From contig JAJCYP010000115.1 of the NCBI GenBank assembly GCA_029262855.1, forward strand, positions 119 through 64,118: a stretch of 64,000 bases of DNA, in the 5' to 3' direction. Shown here in pieces: positions 20,279 to 30,471 of the stretch (positions are counted from its first letter, which is position 1; the number at the start of each line of letters is the position of its first letter). Source of the DNA: Bacteroidota bacterium (lineage in GTDB: Bacteria > Bacteroidota > Rhodothermia > Rhodothermales > UBA10348). A program made the position numbers and the translations under genes. A model generated the notes under the pieces. That model was not told the origin of the DNA. It saw nothing but the letters and a program-made list of their open reading frames with translations, and did not search any database.

Positions 20279-21750
20279 TGCCCGTCATTCCTTCGTGCCT
20301 TCATGCGAACTTTCACGCTGAAGGTACTGCCTGTCCCTGGCGTGCTTTCCAGGCTCAACCCGCCGCCCATCGCCTTGGCAAGCTGATCAGAAATTGTAAG
20401 ACCCAGGCCCGTTCCGCCATACTCGCGCGAAGCGGATGTGTCGGCCTGAGCGAAAGCATCGAACAAATGGGCCCGCCGGTCAACCGGGATGCCGATCCCG
20501 GTATCTCGGACATCGAACACCAGCTGATGCATTCGATTGCCTTCATCCTCCACGATGCCGTCCGACCTTACGCGAACATGAATCTCCCCGCGCTCAGTGA
20601 ACTTGACCGCGTTCGCCAGCAGGTTGACCAGAATCTGGCGCAATCGGACGTTGTCACCCATCACTTCCTCGGGCACGTTGTCGTCGAGTTCCAGGACCAG
20701 CTCCAGACCTTTCTCGCTCGCCCGCCCGCTAACCAGGTCAATGGCCTGTTCCGCGCATTCCCGCGGAGAAAACCGAACCGTCTCCAACTCCAGATGACCG
20801 GACTCGATCTCCGAGAAGTCCAGAATCTCGTTGATTATGGTCAGGAGATGGTTGCTCGAAGATCGGATGATCGAGGCGAACTCCGACTGTTCTGGGGTAA
20901 GCGCGGTGTCCATCATGAGCTCGCTCATGCCTACGATGGCGTTCATCGGAGTTCGGATTTCGTGGCTCATGTTTGCCAGAAACTCGCTCTTGGCACGGGT
21001 GGCCATTTCGGCGGCATCCCGGGCTACAAGCAAGGCGTCGTTCTGGGCGGAAATCTCTCCATGGGCGCTGGAGAGACTCGTCACCATGTGGTTGAACGAC
21101 CTTGCCAATTCGCCGATCTCTCCGGAACCGGTCGCCGACACCCGTAGACTTAGATCTCCGGCGGCAACGCCGGTGGCAGTCTCCCTGATTCTTACGATGG
21201 GTCGCGCAATGAACGCACCCAGTCCGATGGCCAATATCCCGCCAAAGACAAGCAGGACTAACGCAACAATGGCGACCGCGCGACGGCTTTGTGCTGCATT
21301 GGCCTGGATGAATCGTGTTGAGAATCCGGCCACTATCTGACCGATTTCCACACCCTGAGCAAGGACCGTTTTTGTAACCAGGAGTTCGCCTGTCTTCAGC
21401 ACGGTCTGGTCAGCCGGGAGATCGTCAAGGCTCAGGTCTCCTGGCAGGCGACCGGCAACAATCCTTCCCTCTGCGTCGAGTATGGCCACGAACCGCAGGT
21501 CATCCATGGATCGAATGGCCTCCAGCGCCTCGTCGACGCTGGACGCATCCTCAAAATAGAGGCCCGGCGAAACGGAGAACGCCGTCATATGCACCACGGC
21601 CGAGGCTTTTTCCAGCGCACCCCGCTCTGCACTTTTTTCAAATGCAGCCGGGAAGTAGGCGTAGACGAATATGGCGATCCCGGCGACGAGGATCGCGGCG
21701 CCCGCTGTGAGACGCGCCTGAATTCCGGTTGCGATGGCCAGCTTCATCAT
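20170..21750 (-). CDS. Membrane sensor histidine kinase (periplasmic sensor-HAMP-HisKA-HATPase), no receiver domain
   Basis: 2 [31 protein letters not shown]-box, [23 protein letters not shown]; the tail overlaps the convergent peptidase gene. Confidence 0.9.
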   Translation of the reverse strand: MMKLAIATGIQARLTAGAAILVAGIAIFVYAYFPAAFEKSAERGALEKASAVVHMTAFSVSPGLYFEDASSVDEALEAIRSMDDLRFVAILDAEGRIVAGRLPGDLSLDDLPADQTVLKTGELLVTKTVLAQGVEIGQIVAGFSTRFIQANAAQSRRAVAIVALVLLVFGGILAIGLGAFIARPIVRIRETATGVAAGDLSLRVSATGSGEIGELARSFNHMVTSLSSAHGEISAQNDALLVARDAAEMATRAKSEFLANMSHEIRTPMNAIVGMSELMMDTALTPEQSEFASIIRSSSNHLLTIINEILDFSEIESGHLELETVRFSPRECAEQAIDLVSGRASEKGLELVLELDDNVPEEVMGDNVRLRQILVNLLANAVKFTERGEIHVRVRSDGIVEDEGNRMHQLVFDVRDTGIGIPVDRRAHLFDAFAQADTSASREYGGTGLGLTISDQLAKAMGGGLSLESTPGTGSTFSVKVRMKARRNDGHYSRNRSPVDRSGSWHVGHSSRESRARGNRSPSAAR

Positions 21751-22328
21751 CCGTCGTCTCCAACCACCTGGGCAAGTCGAAGCAATTGCGAACTGAAGTC
21801 GGCCCCCTCGGCACGGGCCGCCGGAAGGTTCAGGACAATCTTCGGACGACCGTCCTTCATGTCCAGGGCCAGCGTCAGGCCACCGGCCAGTTGCTCCGGC
21901 GAAACGGCGATGGTGCGAATCGAGGCCTCGCGAGAGATCTCAACGATTTTCTCCAGGGAGAAGGCCCTGAGCGGCATCACGTACAAGACGTCGAGTCTGG
22001 TCACGTCCACGGCCTGCGAAACTGACCCGCTTGAGGTTACGGGCACTCGGACATACTTCACAGGATACCCCGCGAGCTGTGTCTCAACCTCTCTGCCGGC
22101 CGTGACCACCTCGTTGGCAGCCGCAATCGAACTGCGGTTGCCCGGTTGGTAGACAACCCCAATCGTCAGCGTTTCACCCGACCGTGCCTCCAGAGCGCGG
22201 TCGAACTCCAAAACCTTTTGAAGGATCTTGAGCTGACTCTGAACGGGGACTACAATGTCCTGGGCCGCGGTGCCGCGCGGCACCATCCAGATCAGGGCCA
22301 GAAGCAGTATTGAGTAGCCTCGGTTCAA
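21747..22328 (-). CDS. YfiR-like periplasmic protein
   Basis: Signal peptide; C-terminal ...[27 protein letters not shown] typical of YfiR/HmsC; lies between the TBDR and the kinase. Confidence 0.8.
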   Translation of the reverse strand: MNRGYSILLLALIWMVPRGTAAQDIVVPVQSQLKILQKVLEFDRALEARSGETLTIGVVYQPGNRSSIAAANEVVTAGREVETQLAGYPVKYVRVPVTSSGSVSQAVDVTRLDVLYVMPLRAFSLEKIVEISREASIRTIAVSPEQLAGGLTLALDMKDGRPKIVLNLPAARAEGADFSSQLLRLAQVVGDDG

Positions 22329-22334
22329 GACGAC

Positions 22335-24326
22335 TTAGAGGCTGGTGCGAATTTCAAAACGCACCGAGCGGCCGGGCTGGATAATCGCTGCCTGCGTGTG
22401 CTCGTAGCCGCCCGGCAAGAAGATCTGCGCGTCCAGAGCGTTCTGAAGCTTGACGGCCAGGCGCACGCCTCTGATGAGGTCCGGAGTACGCAGCATCAGG
22501 TCCAAACGCGTTGAACCGTCCAGTCGATCTCCCCAGATAGTGAAGCGACTGCTTTCGCCAAACAGCTGTGCCCCTCCAGACCAGCCCGTGCGGCCGATCA
22601 CCGCGCCCGCCTTGAAGAGGATCTCCGGCGCGTTCGACAGATGCTCCTTGCTGTCCAGGTAGATTGAATGCTGGTAGGCCACGCTGGCGAACCCGCTGAG
22701 CGTGCCAGCTGTGCGCACCTCCAACTCCGCGCCGTGAGAACGAACCGAGCCGACATTGTCAAACTGGGTTTCACCGGAGTCTATCAGGTCACTGACCACC
22801 GTCCGGTAGACTGAAGTCGCGACCGTGCCCCGCGAAGAAATCTGGTGTTCCCAGACTGCCTCGAGCGTGCTGACTCGTTCGCGAAGCAGCGAGGGGTTTG
22901 CCACAAAGTCGAGCACGGGATCGGCATAGAAAAGCTCGTAGGCGGTCGGAACGCGGAAAGCCGCTCCATACAGAAACTTCAGTACGTGGCGCGACCAGGG
23001 AGACACAACCAGAGCAGCGCGGGGCGTGAAACCGGAACCCGTGGTTGAATACTGATCGTATCGCCCACCCACCACCATCGAGGCGGCCGGGGATATATCG
23101 AATGCCCCCTGCAGGAAGGCGTAGCCCACCGTTAACGGCTCGTTGAAACTGGAGTACTCCTCCCACTCGTCGTAGTAACGGTATGAGGCTCGGACATGCC
23201 TGACCATACCGACTCCGCCAACCATGACGGACCTGGGACTCAGGTCCCACTGGATCTGGCCATCGGCACCGTAATTGGTTCCGACCGCCTCATCAAACGA
23301 ATCGTAGTAACTCCCCTCTTCGTCATCATAAGGGAAGGAACCCTCGTAGCCGTGGCGACTGAGATTGGCGCCTACGGTGGCTGACCAGGAACGCGGAGTT
23401 TGAGTGCGATAGGAGACCCCCAGATACTGACGTGAATCGGCCGTCCACTCCTCGCCCATCCCAAAGGTGGTTTCATAGGACGCCGTGGGTACTCCCTTCC
23501 GCCGATGAGCCACTCGCCCCTCGAGGCGAAGCCCTCCTCTTGAAAGAACCGAGTGAACACCCGAAGAGCGCTCCCAGTCGGCATCAACCGCCATTCCCCC
23601 ATTTGAGTCGGAAAATTCGTCGAAGTAGAGGCTCTCGCCGGCTGCGCGGAAATGCATCGCCGACACACTGAGTCGCGTGCCCGCACCCAGATCCTCGTTG
23701 ACAAACGCGCTGACCTGCCTGCCCCCGTAGTTGCCGGCAGCTACGCTGACACCGCCACCCTGGTCTTGCCTTTCATCCTTGGTGATGATGTTGATGACGC
23801 CGAACATCGCGCTGGTCCCATACAGCACCGACCCGGGACCGCGAATGATCTCGATTCGATCAACGTTCTCCATGGACAGACCCAAGTCCCATCCGATGGC
23901 CGCTGAACCAAAGACGTATTCGTTCTGCGGAATGCCGTTCAGAAGAACGAGAATTCGGTTGTTGTAGTCGGTAGGCCGGCTGAAACCGCGCACGCCCGCG
24001 TATTCGTAGTTACGGTCGTTGGTGATGTACAGACCGCGGACACTGCGGAGCACATCGGCCAGAGTCTTATAGCCAAATGATTCGATCTCCACTGCTGAAA
24101 CTACCGACACCGAAGCCGGAGCCTGCCGGGCCGTTTGACGATAGCGGGACGCGGTTTCGACGGGTACGTCCAACAGCGACTCAAGGGAAATGTCTTGAGC
24201 CCCAACGCCGTTCGAGACCAGGGCTGTCAGTGCCATGACTGACAGTGCTGCGATACGCATGACCAGGACTCTTCGATTGCGTGAAACAGACGCCCTCGGT
24301 ATCGGCTGGCGGACCGTCCAATTCAA
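22335..24326 (-). CDS. TonB-dependent receptor (plug + barrel); true start may be downstream (MRIAAL...)
   Basis: ISLESLLDVPVETASR...APASVSVV, VRGF, RILVLLNG, RIEIIRGPGSVLYG..AMFGVINIITK, terminal PGRSVRFEIRTSL. Confidence 0.9.
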   Translation of the reverse strand: MNWTVRQPIPRASVSRNRRVLVMRIAALSVMALTALVSNGVGAQDISLESLLDVPVETASRYRQTARQAPASVSVVSAVEIESFGYKTLADVLRSVRGLYITNDRNYEYAGVRGFSRPTDYNNRILVLLNGIPQNEYVFGSAAIGWDLGLSMENVDRIEIIRGPGSVLYGTSAMFGVINIITKDERQDQGGGVSVAAGNYGGRQVSAFVNEDLGAGTRLSVSAMHFRAAGESLYFDEFSDSNGGMAVDADWERSSGVHSVLSRGGLRLEGRVAHRRKGVPTASYETTFGMGEEWTADSRQYLGVSYRTQTPRSWSATVGANLSRHGYEGSFPYDDEEGSYYDSFDEAVGTNYGADGQIQWDLSPRSVMVGGVGMVRHVRASYRYYDEWEEYSSFNEPLTVGYAFLQGAFDISPAASMVVGGRYDQYSTTGSGFTPRAALVVSPWSRHVLKFLYGAAFRVPTAYELFYADPVLDFVANPSLLRERVSTLEAVWEHQISSRGTVATSVYRTVVSDLIDSGETQFDNVGSVRSHGAELEVRTAGTLSGFASVAYQHSIYLDSKEHLSNAPEILFKAGAVIGRTGWSGGAQLFGESSRFTIWGDRLDGSTRLDLMLRTPDLIRGVRLAVKLQNALDAQIFLPGGYEHTQAAIIQPGRSVRFEIRTSL

Positions 24327-24399
24327 GCTCAGAGCCCCTGGCGAACAGGATTTTCACTTCACCTATTCTGCACCGAAATGGTCATTCTTGAACGGTCTA

Positions 24400-25785
24400 C
24401 TAATACCGGTCGTCCATTGCAAAATCCTGCCTCCGCTTCATCCACAGTCCCCGCGTGAAATCAGGGAACGCCTGAGGTGCGTTGCCGGCGGCAATTGACA
24501 TCTCGGAAAGCGGTGTCACCGCACTCCAGGCAGCGGCATCATAGGCATCGAGCGGAGTCTGAACCTGTGCCTTGCAGGCCTCCACGAAGGCGTGAAGGAC
24601 GAAGAAGTCCATGCCCCCGTGACCGGCTCCGGTGGCGCGTTCCTCGTATTTCTTCCACAGTGGATGATCGTGCTCCTGCAGCAGCGGCGCGGCCTCCTGC
24701 CAGGAGTGGGCAGGCTCCATCCCCTCCAGGTAGATGCTCTTGTTGATATCCATCCAGATACCCTTCGTCCCCTGGACCCGGAATCCCAGCGAGTAGGGCC
24801 GGGGCAGGTTCGTGTCGTGACTGACGATGATCGACTCGCCATTCTGGGTGCGGATCACGGTGGTCACCACATCGCCCAGCTTGAATCGCTGGTTCGCGTT
24901 CGGATGGTCCGGTCCCCCTTGCGGATGGTTCACGATGTAGTCGTGCAAACCGCGGGATTTGGTGCTTGTGGACGTCAGGCTGACAAAGCGGTTGCCCCGG
25001 TTGATGTCGAGATACATTCCGACCGGGCCCAGGCCATGGGTTGGGTACACGTCGGCGTCACGGTGGACCGAGTGCGCGGTTCGCCACCTGGCCTCACTGA
25101 AGCCCTTCTCGCCGAACTCCACTCCGCCACCGTAGGCCTGCTTGCCGTCATTGAACTTGACGAAGCGCAGGTCATGTTGGTAGCCGCACTCGGTGTGAAT
25201 GAGTTCGCCGAACATGCCCTTCCGGACCATGTTCAGAACGGCCATGACGTCGCGCCGATAGTTCACGTTCTCGAGGATCATCACCGGCACGCCGGTGGCC
25301 TCGTGCGTGTTGACGAGGTCCCAGCATTCCTCCAGCGTGTTGGCGGCAGAAACCTCGACGCCGGCGTACTTGCCCGCCTTCATCGCCTTGACGGCCATCC
25401 GCGTGTGCCAGAGCCACGGCGTCGCAATGATGACGGCGTCCAGGTCGTCCCGCGCGAGGAGTTCTTCAAAGGCGAAATCGCTCCCGGTGTACTCTACGGC
25501 CTTCGGCCATCCCGCGTCCGCGATCAGCTTGGAAGCACGGCCGAGAGCGTCCGGATCCGTGTCGCAGATGGCGCTGACGGTTACATCATCCCGCTTCAGG
25601 GCCAGGCCGATGTGGGAGCGTCCACGGAGGCCCGTGCCGATGAATCCCAGCCGAACGGTGTCCGAGGGAAGTCGATTCCCGATGATCGATGGGGCCTTTC
25701 CCGTGGCGGGGTTGGCGGCAGCCCCGACTGTGGCGGCCCCCATTCCTGCGATGGTGGTTGTGGCGAGGAATTTTCGGCGGTCCAT
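24400..25785 (-). CDS. Gfo/Idh/MocA oxidoreductase fold, GH109 NAD-dependent alpha-N-acetylgalactosaminidase-like, Tat-exported
   Basis: MDRRKFL Tat motif, IGTGLRG, IATPWLWH, LENVNY, GYQHDL, YPTHG and GHGGMD GH109 motifs. Confidence 0.88.
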   Translation of the reverse strand: MDRRKFLATTTIAGMGAATVGAAANPATGKAPSIIGNRLPSDTVRLGFIGTGLRGRSHIGLALKRDDVTVSAICDTDPDALGRASKLIADAGWPKAVEYTGSDFAFEELLARDDLDAVIIATPWLWHTRMAVKAMKAGKYAGVEVSAANTLEECWDLVNTHEATGVPVMILENVNYRRDVMAVLNMVRKGMFGELIHTECGYQHDLRFVKFNDGKQAYGGGVEFGEKGFSEARWRTAHSVHRDADVYPTHGLGPVGMYLDINRGNRFVSLTSTSTKSRGLHDYIVNHPQGGPDHPNANQRFKLGDVVTTVIRTQNGESIIVSHDTNLPRPYSLGFRVQGTKGIWMDINKSIYLEGMEPAHSWQEAAPLLQEHDHPLWKKYEERATGAGHGGMDFFVLHAFVEACKAQVQTPLDAYDAAAWSAVTPLSEMSIAAGNAPQAFPDFTRGLWMKRRQDFAMDDRY

Positions 25786-25907
25786 CCTGAAGCGGGTTTC
25801 GTGAGACGGGCAATATCGGAGCGGCGGGTTATGGATGCTCTGTTGGGGCGTCTTTCCCCTACCCGCCCAGCCATTACCTTCGGCGCGCACCAGCCCTTCA
25901 AGCGCGC

Positions 25908-27686
25908 ATGCAGCTCTCCGGAATCGACTGGGTCATCATGGCCGTCTACTTTGCGCTTTCCCTCATCGTGGGAATCGCGGTGGCCCGCAAGTCGGGACAG
26001 AACTTCAGTTCGTTCTTCCTCGCCGGCCGGTCCCTGCCGTGGTGGCTCCTGGGGATCTCGATGGTAGCCACGACCTTTTCCACGGACACGCCGAACCTGG
26101 TTACGGACATCGTCCGCTCCAGCGGCACCTTCGGCAACTGGACCTGGTGGGCCTTTCTCCTGACCGGACTCCTGACCGTCTTTCTGTATGCCAAGCTGTG
26201 GCGCCGATCCGGTGTGCTGACCGACGTCGAGTTCTATGAACTCCGCTACTCGGGAAAGATGGCCGCCTTCCTGCGCGGCTTTCGGGCGGCGTATCTCGGC
26301 ATCCTTTTCAATGTGCTCATTATGGCGTCGGTCACGCTGGCGGCCATCAAGATCGGGTCGGTGATGCTGGACTGGTCGCCACTACGAACGGTCACGGTGG
26401 CCGCGACCGTCACGATGATCTACTCGGCTGCCGGCGGACTCCGCGGCGTGGTCCTCACCGATATGGTTCAGTTTGGCCTGGCGATGATTGGTTCGATCGG
26501 CTCGGCCTACTACATCCTCGGACTGCCTCAGGTGGGCGGCCTGGACGGGCTGCTGGCGAATCCCGAGGTGCAGTCGGCGATGGAATTCCTGCCCGACTTC
26601 GCGACGATGAGTTGGGGCGAACTCATGCCCGTGTTCCTCATCCCGCTGGCCGTCCAGTGGTGGGCCTCCTACTACCCGGGCGCCGAGCCCGGTGGGGGGG
26701 GCTACGTGGCGCAGCGCATGCTCTCGGCTCGCAATGAGAAGGAAGCCGCCGGTGCGGTTCTCCTGTTCAACGCTCTGCACTACGCACTCCGTCCCTGGCC
26801 GTGGATCCTGGTCGCCCTCGCCTCACTGGTGGTTTTCCCGGACCTGGCGTCCATCGCCTCGCAGTTCCCGAACGTGCCCGAACACGTAGTCCGAAACGAC
26901 CTCGCCTATCCGGCCATGCTCACCTTCCTGCCAGCCGGTTTGCTGGGGATCGTCGTGACTTCGCTCGCAGCCGCGTACATGTCCACAATGTCGACGCAGG
27001 TGAACTGGGGCTCGTCCATTGTCGTGAATGACATCTACCACCGGTTCATCAACCGCGACGCCTCCGAGTCCCAGCAGGTCTGGGTCGGGCGGGTGTCGAC
27101 GGTGGTTCTGATGGTCGCCGCGTGCGGGCTGGCCCTCCTGCTGGAAAACTCCCTGCAGGTGTTCAATATCATCCTGCAGATAGGCGCCGGGACCGGTCTC
27201 CTGTTCATCCTCCGCTGGTTCTGGTGGCGTGTCAATGCCGAGACGGAGTTCACGGCGATGCTGGTCTCTTTCCTTGTGGCCATCTACTTCCAGCTGATCA
27301 ACGACCACGGAATGGCCGACTGGACCCAACTCTCCGTCGGCGTCGCGATCACGACGGTGGCCTGGATGCTCGTGGCCCTGGTTACGCCCTCGACGGAGCG
27401 GTCCAAGCTGATCTCGTTCTACGAGAAGGTGCGACCCGGCGGGCCGGGCTGGGAGCCCATCGCCCAGGAAGCTGATCCTGCGGTTCGGGATGCGACCAAT
27501 CGGGAGAGTGACCTCGGGCCGTCGCTGCTCGCGGTTCTGGCCGGTGCGGCCGCCATCTACGGGATTCTGTTCGCGACTGGATTCGTGCTGTACGGGCGCA
27601 TGGGGCCGGCGGCGATTTCGGCAGCGGTCAGCCTGGCGGGCACTCTTCTGCTGGTTCGGCTGTGGCCACGGTTGTCCTTCAGCTGA
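25908..27686 (+). CDS. Sodium:solute symporter (SSS family)
   Basis: FFLAGRSLPWW, SMVATTFSTDTP, GGLRGVVLTD, YVAQRMLSA, AAYMST; many TM segments. Confidence 0.92.
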   Translation: MQLSGIDWVIMAVYFALSLIVGIAVARKSGQNFSSFFLAGRSLPWWLLGISMVATTFSTDTPNLVTDIVRSSGTFGNWTWWAFLLTGLLTVFLYAKLWRRSGVLTDVEFYELRYSGKMAAFLRGFRAAYLGILFNVLIMASVTLAAIKIGSVMLDWSPLRTVTVAATVTMIYSAAGGLRGVVLTDMVQFGLAMIGSIGSAYYILGLPQVGGLDGLLANPEVQSAMEFLPDFATMSWGELMPVFLIPLAVQWWASYYPGAEPGGGGYVAQRMLSARNEKEAAGAVLLFNALHYALRPWPWILVALASLVVFPDLASIASQFPNVPEHVVRNDLAYPAMLTFLPAGLLGIVVTSLAAAYMSTMSTQVNWGSSIVVNDIYHRFINRDASESQQVWVGRVSTVVLMVAACGLALLLENSLQVFNIILQIGAGTGLLFILRWFWWRVNAETEFTAMLVSFLVAIYFQLINDHGMADWTQLSVGVAITTVAWMLVALVTPSTERSKLISFYEKVRPGGPGWEPIAQEADPAVRDATNRESDLGPSLLAVLAGAAAIYGILFATGFVLYGRMGPAAISAAVSLAGTLLLVRLWPRLSFS

Positions 27687-27706
27687 GGTGAAGGGGATTC
27701 CCGGCA

Positions 27707-27759
27707 TACGAATCGTACTAGTATAATTGCACCAGAAACTTCTTAACGTACTATTACGT
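27707..27759 (+). promoter_or_regulatory. AT-rich promoter/operator region upstream of mobile mystery protein A
   Basis: TATAAT at 27722-27727; inverted repeats TACGA-A-TCGTA (27707-27717) and ACGTA-CTAT-TACGT (27746-27759). Confidence 0.45.
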
Positions 27760-27802
27760 ACATACGATAACTGAATACAAACAGAACGGGACGAGGCAGG
27801 TC

Positions 27803-28264
27803 ATGGGCAACATGGAGGATTTGAGGGTTCGTCAACTGGACGATACTCTGATCGCGGTCAAAGCTCTCTGGACCTCTCCATCGCCCTTGGATGGATGGGT
27901 GAAGACTATCCGGGAGGCGCTGGGAATGTCCATGCGGCAACTGGCCTCGCGTACCGGGATGTCGAAGACTGGCGTCGCCAGCGCGGAAAAGTCTGAAGCC
28001 CGAGGCTCGATTCAGTTGGAGACGCTGCGTCGACTGGCCGATGGGCTCGACTGCGAGGTGGCCTATGCACTCGTGCCACGCACATCCTTGCGGGCCTCAC
28101 TTCAGGCCCAGGCTGCAGATAAGGCTGGGCATCTGGTTGCTCAGGTCTCGGATTCCATGGATCTCGAAGCTCAAGGCATAGGAGACCACGAGCGCCAGCT
28201 TCAACTGGAGAATTTGGCTGAGGACCTACTCCGTTCTCGAGGCCGCGATTTCTGGGATGACTGA
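27803..28264 (+). CDS. Mobile mystery protein A (XRE-type HTH)
   Basis: GWVKTIREALGMSMRQLA...E..E.RGSIQLETLRRLA..LDC...YALVP...SM.LE.Q..., ending FWD; overlaps the Fic gene. Confidence 0.88.
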   Translation: MGNMEDLRVRQLDDTLIAVKALWTSPSPLDGWVKTIREALGMSMRQLASRTGMSKTGVASAEKSEARGSIQLETLRRLADGLDCEVAYALVPRTSLRASLQAQAADKAGHLVAQVSDSMDLEAQGIGDHERQLQLENLAEDLLRSRGRDFWDD

Positions 28265-28844
28265 GGGGGATCCGATTGGAGCGACTACGGTCAGTCCTGA
28301 TGAGGCGCGCGACCTGCTACCCGGACACATTCAGTCCAGGGCAGATCTCAACGTTTGGGAGCAGCAAAACATTCTTGAGGCGGCACGGTGGGCGAAAACC
28401 AATCGAGCCGACCCGCTTGAGGAGTCGTTCGTCCGGGAACTGCATCGCCGGATGTTTGACCAGACTTGGAGTTGCGCAGGACGATATCGCCTTTCCGACA
28501 AGAACATCGGTGTCACCTGGCCGGGCATTCCATCGGAAGTCCGGAATCTGCTGGACGATGGAAGATATTGGTTCCTACACGGGACGTATCCGGTGGACGA
28601 AGCTGCCCTTCGCCTGCATCATCGGATGGTCAAGATCCATTTGTTTCCGAACGGCAACGGCAGACACGGCCGGCTATGGTGCGACACCCTGTTGCGAAAC
28701 TTGAAACGACCTCCATTCGCATGGAAGGCTCGGGACCTTGATAACGATGGAGACGCGCGCTCGGAGTACATCCATGCACTTCGACGCGCGGACAGCGGTG
28801 ATTACACCAGGCTGATTGACCTATTCCTGAGCGGGCGCGAATGA
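28257..28844 (+). CDS. Mobile mystery protein B (Fic domain)
   Basis: LNVWEQQNI, LHRRMF..TW..AG.YR, Fic motif HLFPNGNGRHGR, YIHALRRAD. Confidence 0.9.
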   Translation: MTEGDPIGATTVSPDEARDLLPGHIQSRADLNVWEQQNILEAARWAKTNRADPLEESFVRELHRRMFDQTWSCAGRYRLSDKNIGVTWPGIPSEVRNLLDDGRYWFLHGTYPVDEAALRLHHRMVKIHLFPNGNGRHGRLWCDTLLRNLKRPPFAWKARDLDNDGDARSEYIHALRRADSGDYTRLIDLFLSGRE

Positions 28845-28894
28845 CTTGGACCCTCCTGCGATATATTCGACACCCTCACCAATCCGATTCGACC

Positions 28895-30469
28895 GTGTCC
28901 AGACTTCCCCTGATTCTCCTCGCGCTGGTCCTCGTCCGCCCCGCCTCAGCCCAGACGTTTCCGACCGGCGACGAAACGCTGAAGGCCATCTGGACGGAGA
29001 CCAATGACAACTCCCATCTCTATGGGCTGGCGCAGACCCTGGCGGACTCCATCGGGCCGCGTCTGACGGCATCTCCGGCCCACCTGGCGGCTGTCAACTG
29101 GGCAGTCGACACATTCCGGGGATGGGGCATCGACGCGGACAAGGAATCCTACGGCACGTGGCGAGGCTGGGAGCGTGGCGTCTCGCACATGGATCTGGTT
29201 GCCCCACGCGTCCGATCCCTGGAAGCCGTCATGCTCCCCTGGAGCGTCGGCACAGGCGGGCTGAAATCGGGCGGCGTGGAGGTCCTCCCCGCCCTCGAGG
29301 GTCGCGCGGCCTTCGACGCGTGGCTGGCGAACGCCAGCGGCAAGTTCATACTTCTCTCGGCGCCTGAAGCCAGCTGCCGCCCAGCCGATGTCTGGGATGA
29401 AGTCGGACGCGACGGCGCGACCGAGGCGTTCAATGATGCCCGGCAGGAGGCCCGCTCGGCGTGGACCCGCCGGATCGCGGATCTCGGATACTCGACGCAA
29501 GAAATTGTCGACGCCCTGGAGGCCGCTGGCGCTGCCGGCTTCATTACCAACTATTGGACCGGAGCCCGCGGCACGGATCGTATTTTCCCGCTGACCTACT
29601 CGTTCCGCGGCGCGATGAACCGTAAGGCCGCCGCATTCAATCTGAGCTGTGAGGACTACGGGCTCGTCTATCGGCTGGCCGAGAATGGCGATGCCCCCAT
29701 GCTGCAGGCGAGGGCCGTGTCCCGCGATCTGGGCGAAGTGCCGGTCTATAATGTGGTGGCGAAGATTGAGGGCTCCGATCTGGCCGGCGAAGTCGTGCTC
29801 CTTTCGGCCCACTACGATGCCTGGGACGGCGGCTCGGGGATGACAGACAACGGCACGGGCTCCGTGGTGATGATGGAGGCCCTTCGCGTTCTCAGGAAGG
29901 TGTTACCGAATCCACGGCGCACGATCATGGTGGGCCTCTGGAGCGGCGAAGAGCAGGGACTCAACGGCTCCCGCGCCTTTGCCGCGGACCATCCGGAGAT
30001 CGTCGAGAACCTTCAGATTGTGCTCAATCAGGACAACGGCACGGGTCGCGTTCAGAGCATCTCGACGCAGGGACTCGTGGATGCGGGCGGGCGGTTTGCC
30101 AACTGGTTCGCCCGTATGCCCTCCGAACTGGTCGGCGACATTGATCTGAACGTGCCGGGCTCACCCGGAAGCGGTGGCAGCGACTACGCCGCGTTCATCT
30201 GCGCCGGCGCACCGGCGTTCAGCCTCTCCTCACACCGGATGGATTATTTCAACGCCACATGGCACACCAACCGCGACACGTTCGACAAGGTGGCGTGGGG
30301 TGACCTCAGAGGCAATGCCACGCTGACGGCCATGCTGGCTTATCTCGCGTCTGAAGGCGAGGCAATGCCTCGGACCCGCCGCGACCTTGGGCTGACCCAG
30401 GCGGGCGCCGCCCGTGCATGGCCTGAGTGTCAGGACGGAGCGCGGGAAACGAGCGATCGTTTTCGCTAG
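28895..30469 (+). CDS. Exported M28 family metallopeptidase, copy 2
   Basis: Signal peptide from GTG 28895; [31 protein letters not shown]; close paralogue of 18737-20278. Confidence 0.9.
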   Translation: MSRLPLILLALVLVRPASAQTFPTGDETLKAIWTETNDNSHLYGLAQTLADSIGPRLTASPAHLAAVNWAVDTFRGWGIDADKESYGTWRGWERGVSHMDLVAPRVRSLEAVMLPWSVGTGGLKSGGVEVLPALEGRAAFDAWLANASGKFILLSAPEASCRPADVWDEVGRDGATEAFNDARQEARSAWTRRIADLGYSTQEIVDALEAAGAAGFITNYWTGARGTDRIFPLTYSFRGAMNRKAAAFNLSCEDYGLVYRLAENGDAPMLQARAVSRDLGEVPVYNVVAKIEGSDLAGEVVLLSAHYDAWDGGSGMTDNGTGSVVMMEALRVLRKVLPNPRRTIMVGLWSGEEQGLNGSRAFAADHPEIVENLQIVLNQDNGTGRVQSISTQGLVDAGGRFANWFARMPSELVGDIDLNVPGSPGSGGSDYAAFICAGAPAFSLSSHRMDYFNATWHTNRDTFDKVAWGDLRGNATLTAMLAYLASEGEAMPRTRRDLGLTQAGAARAWPECQDGARETSDRFR

Positions 30470-30471
30470 AC

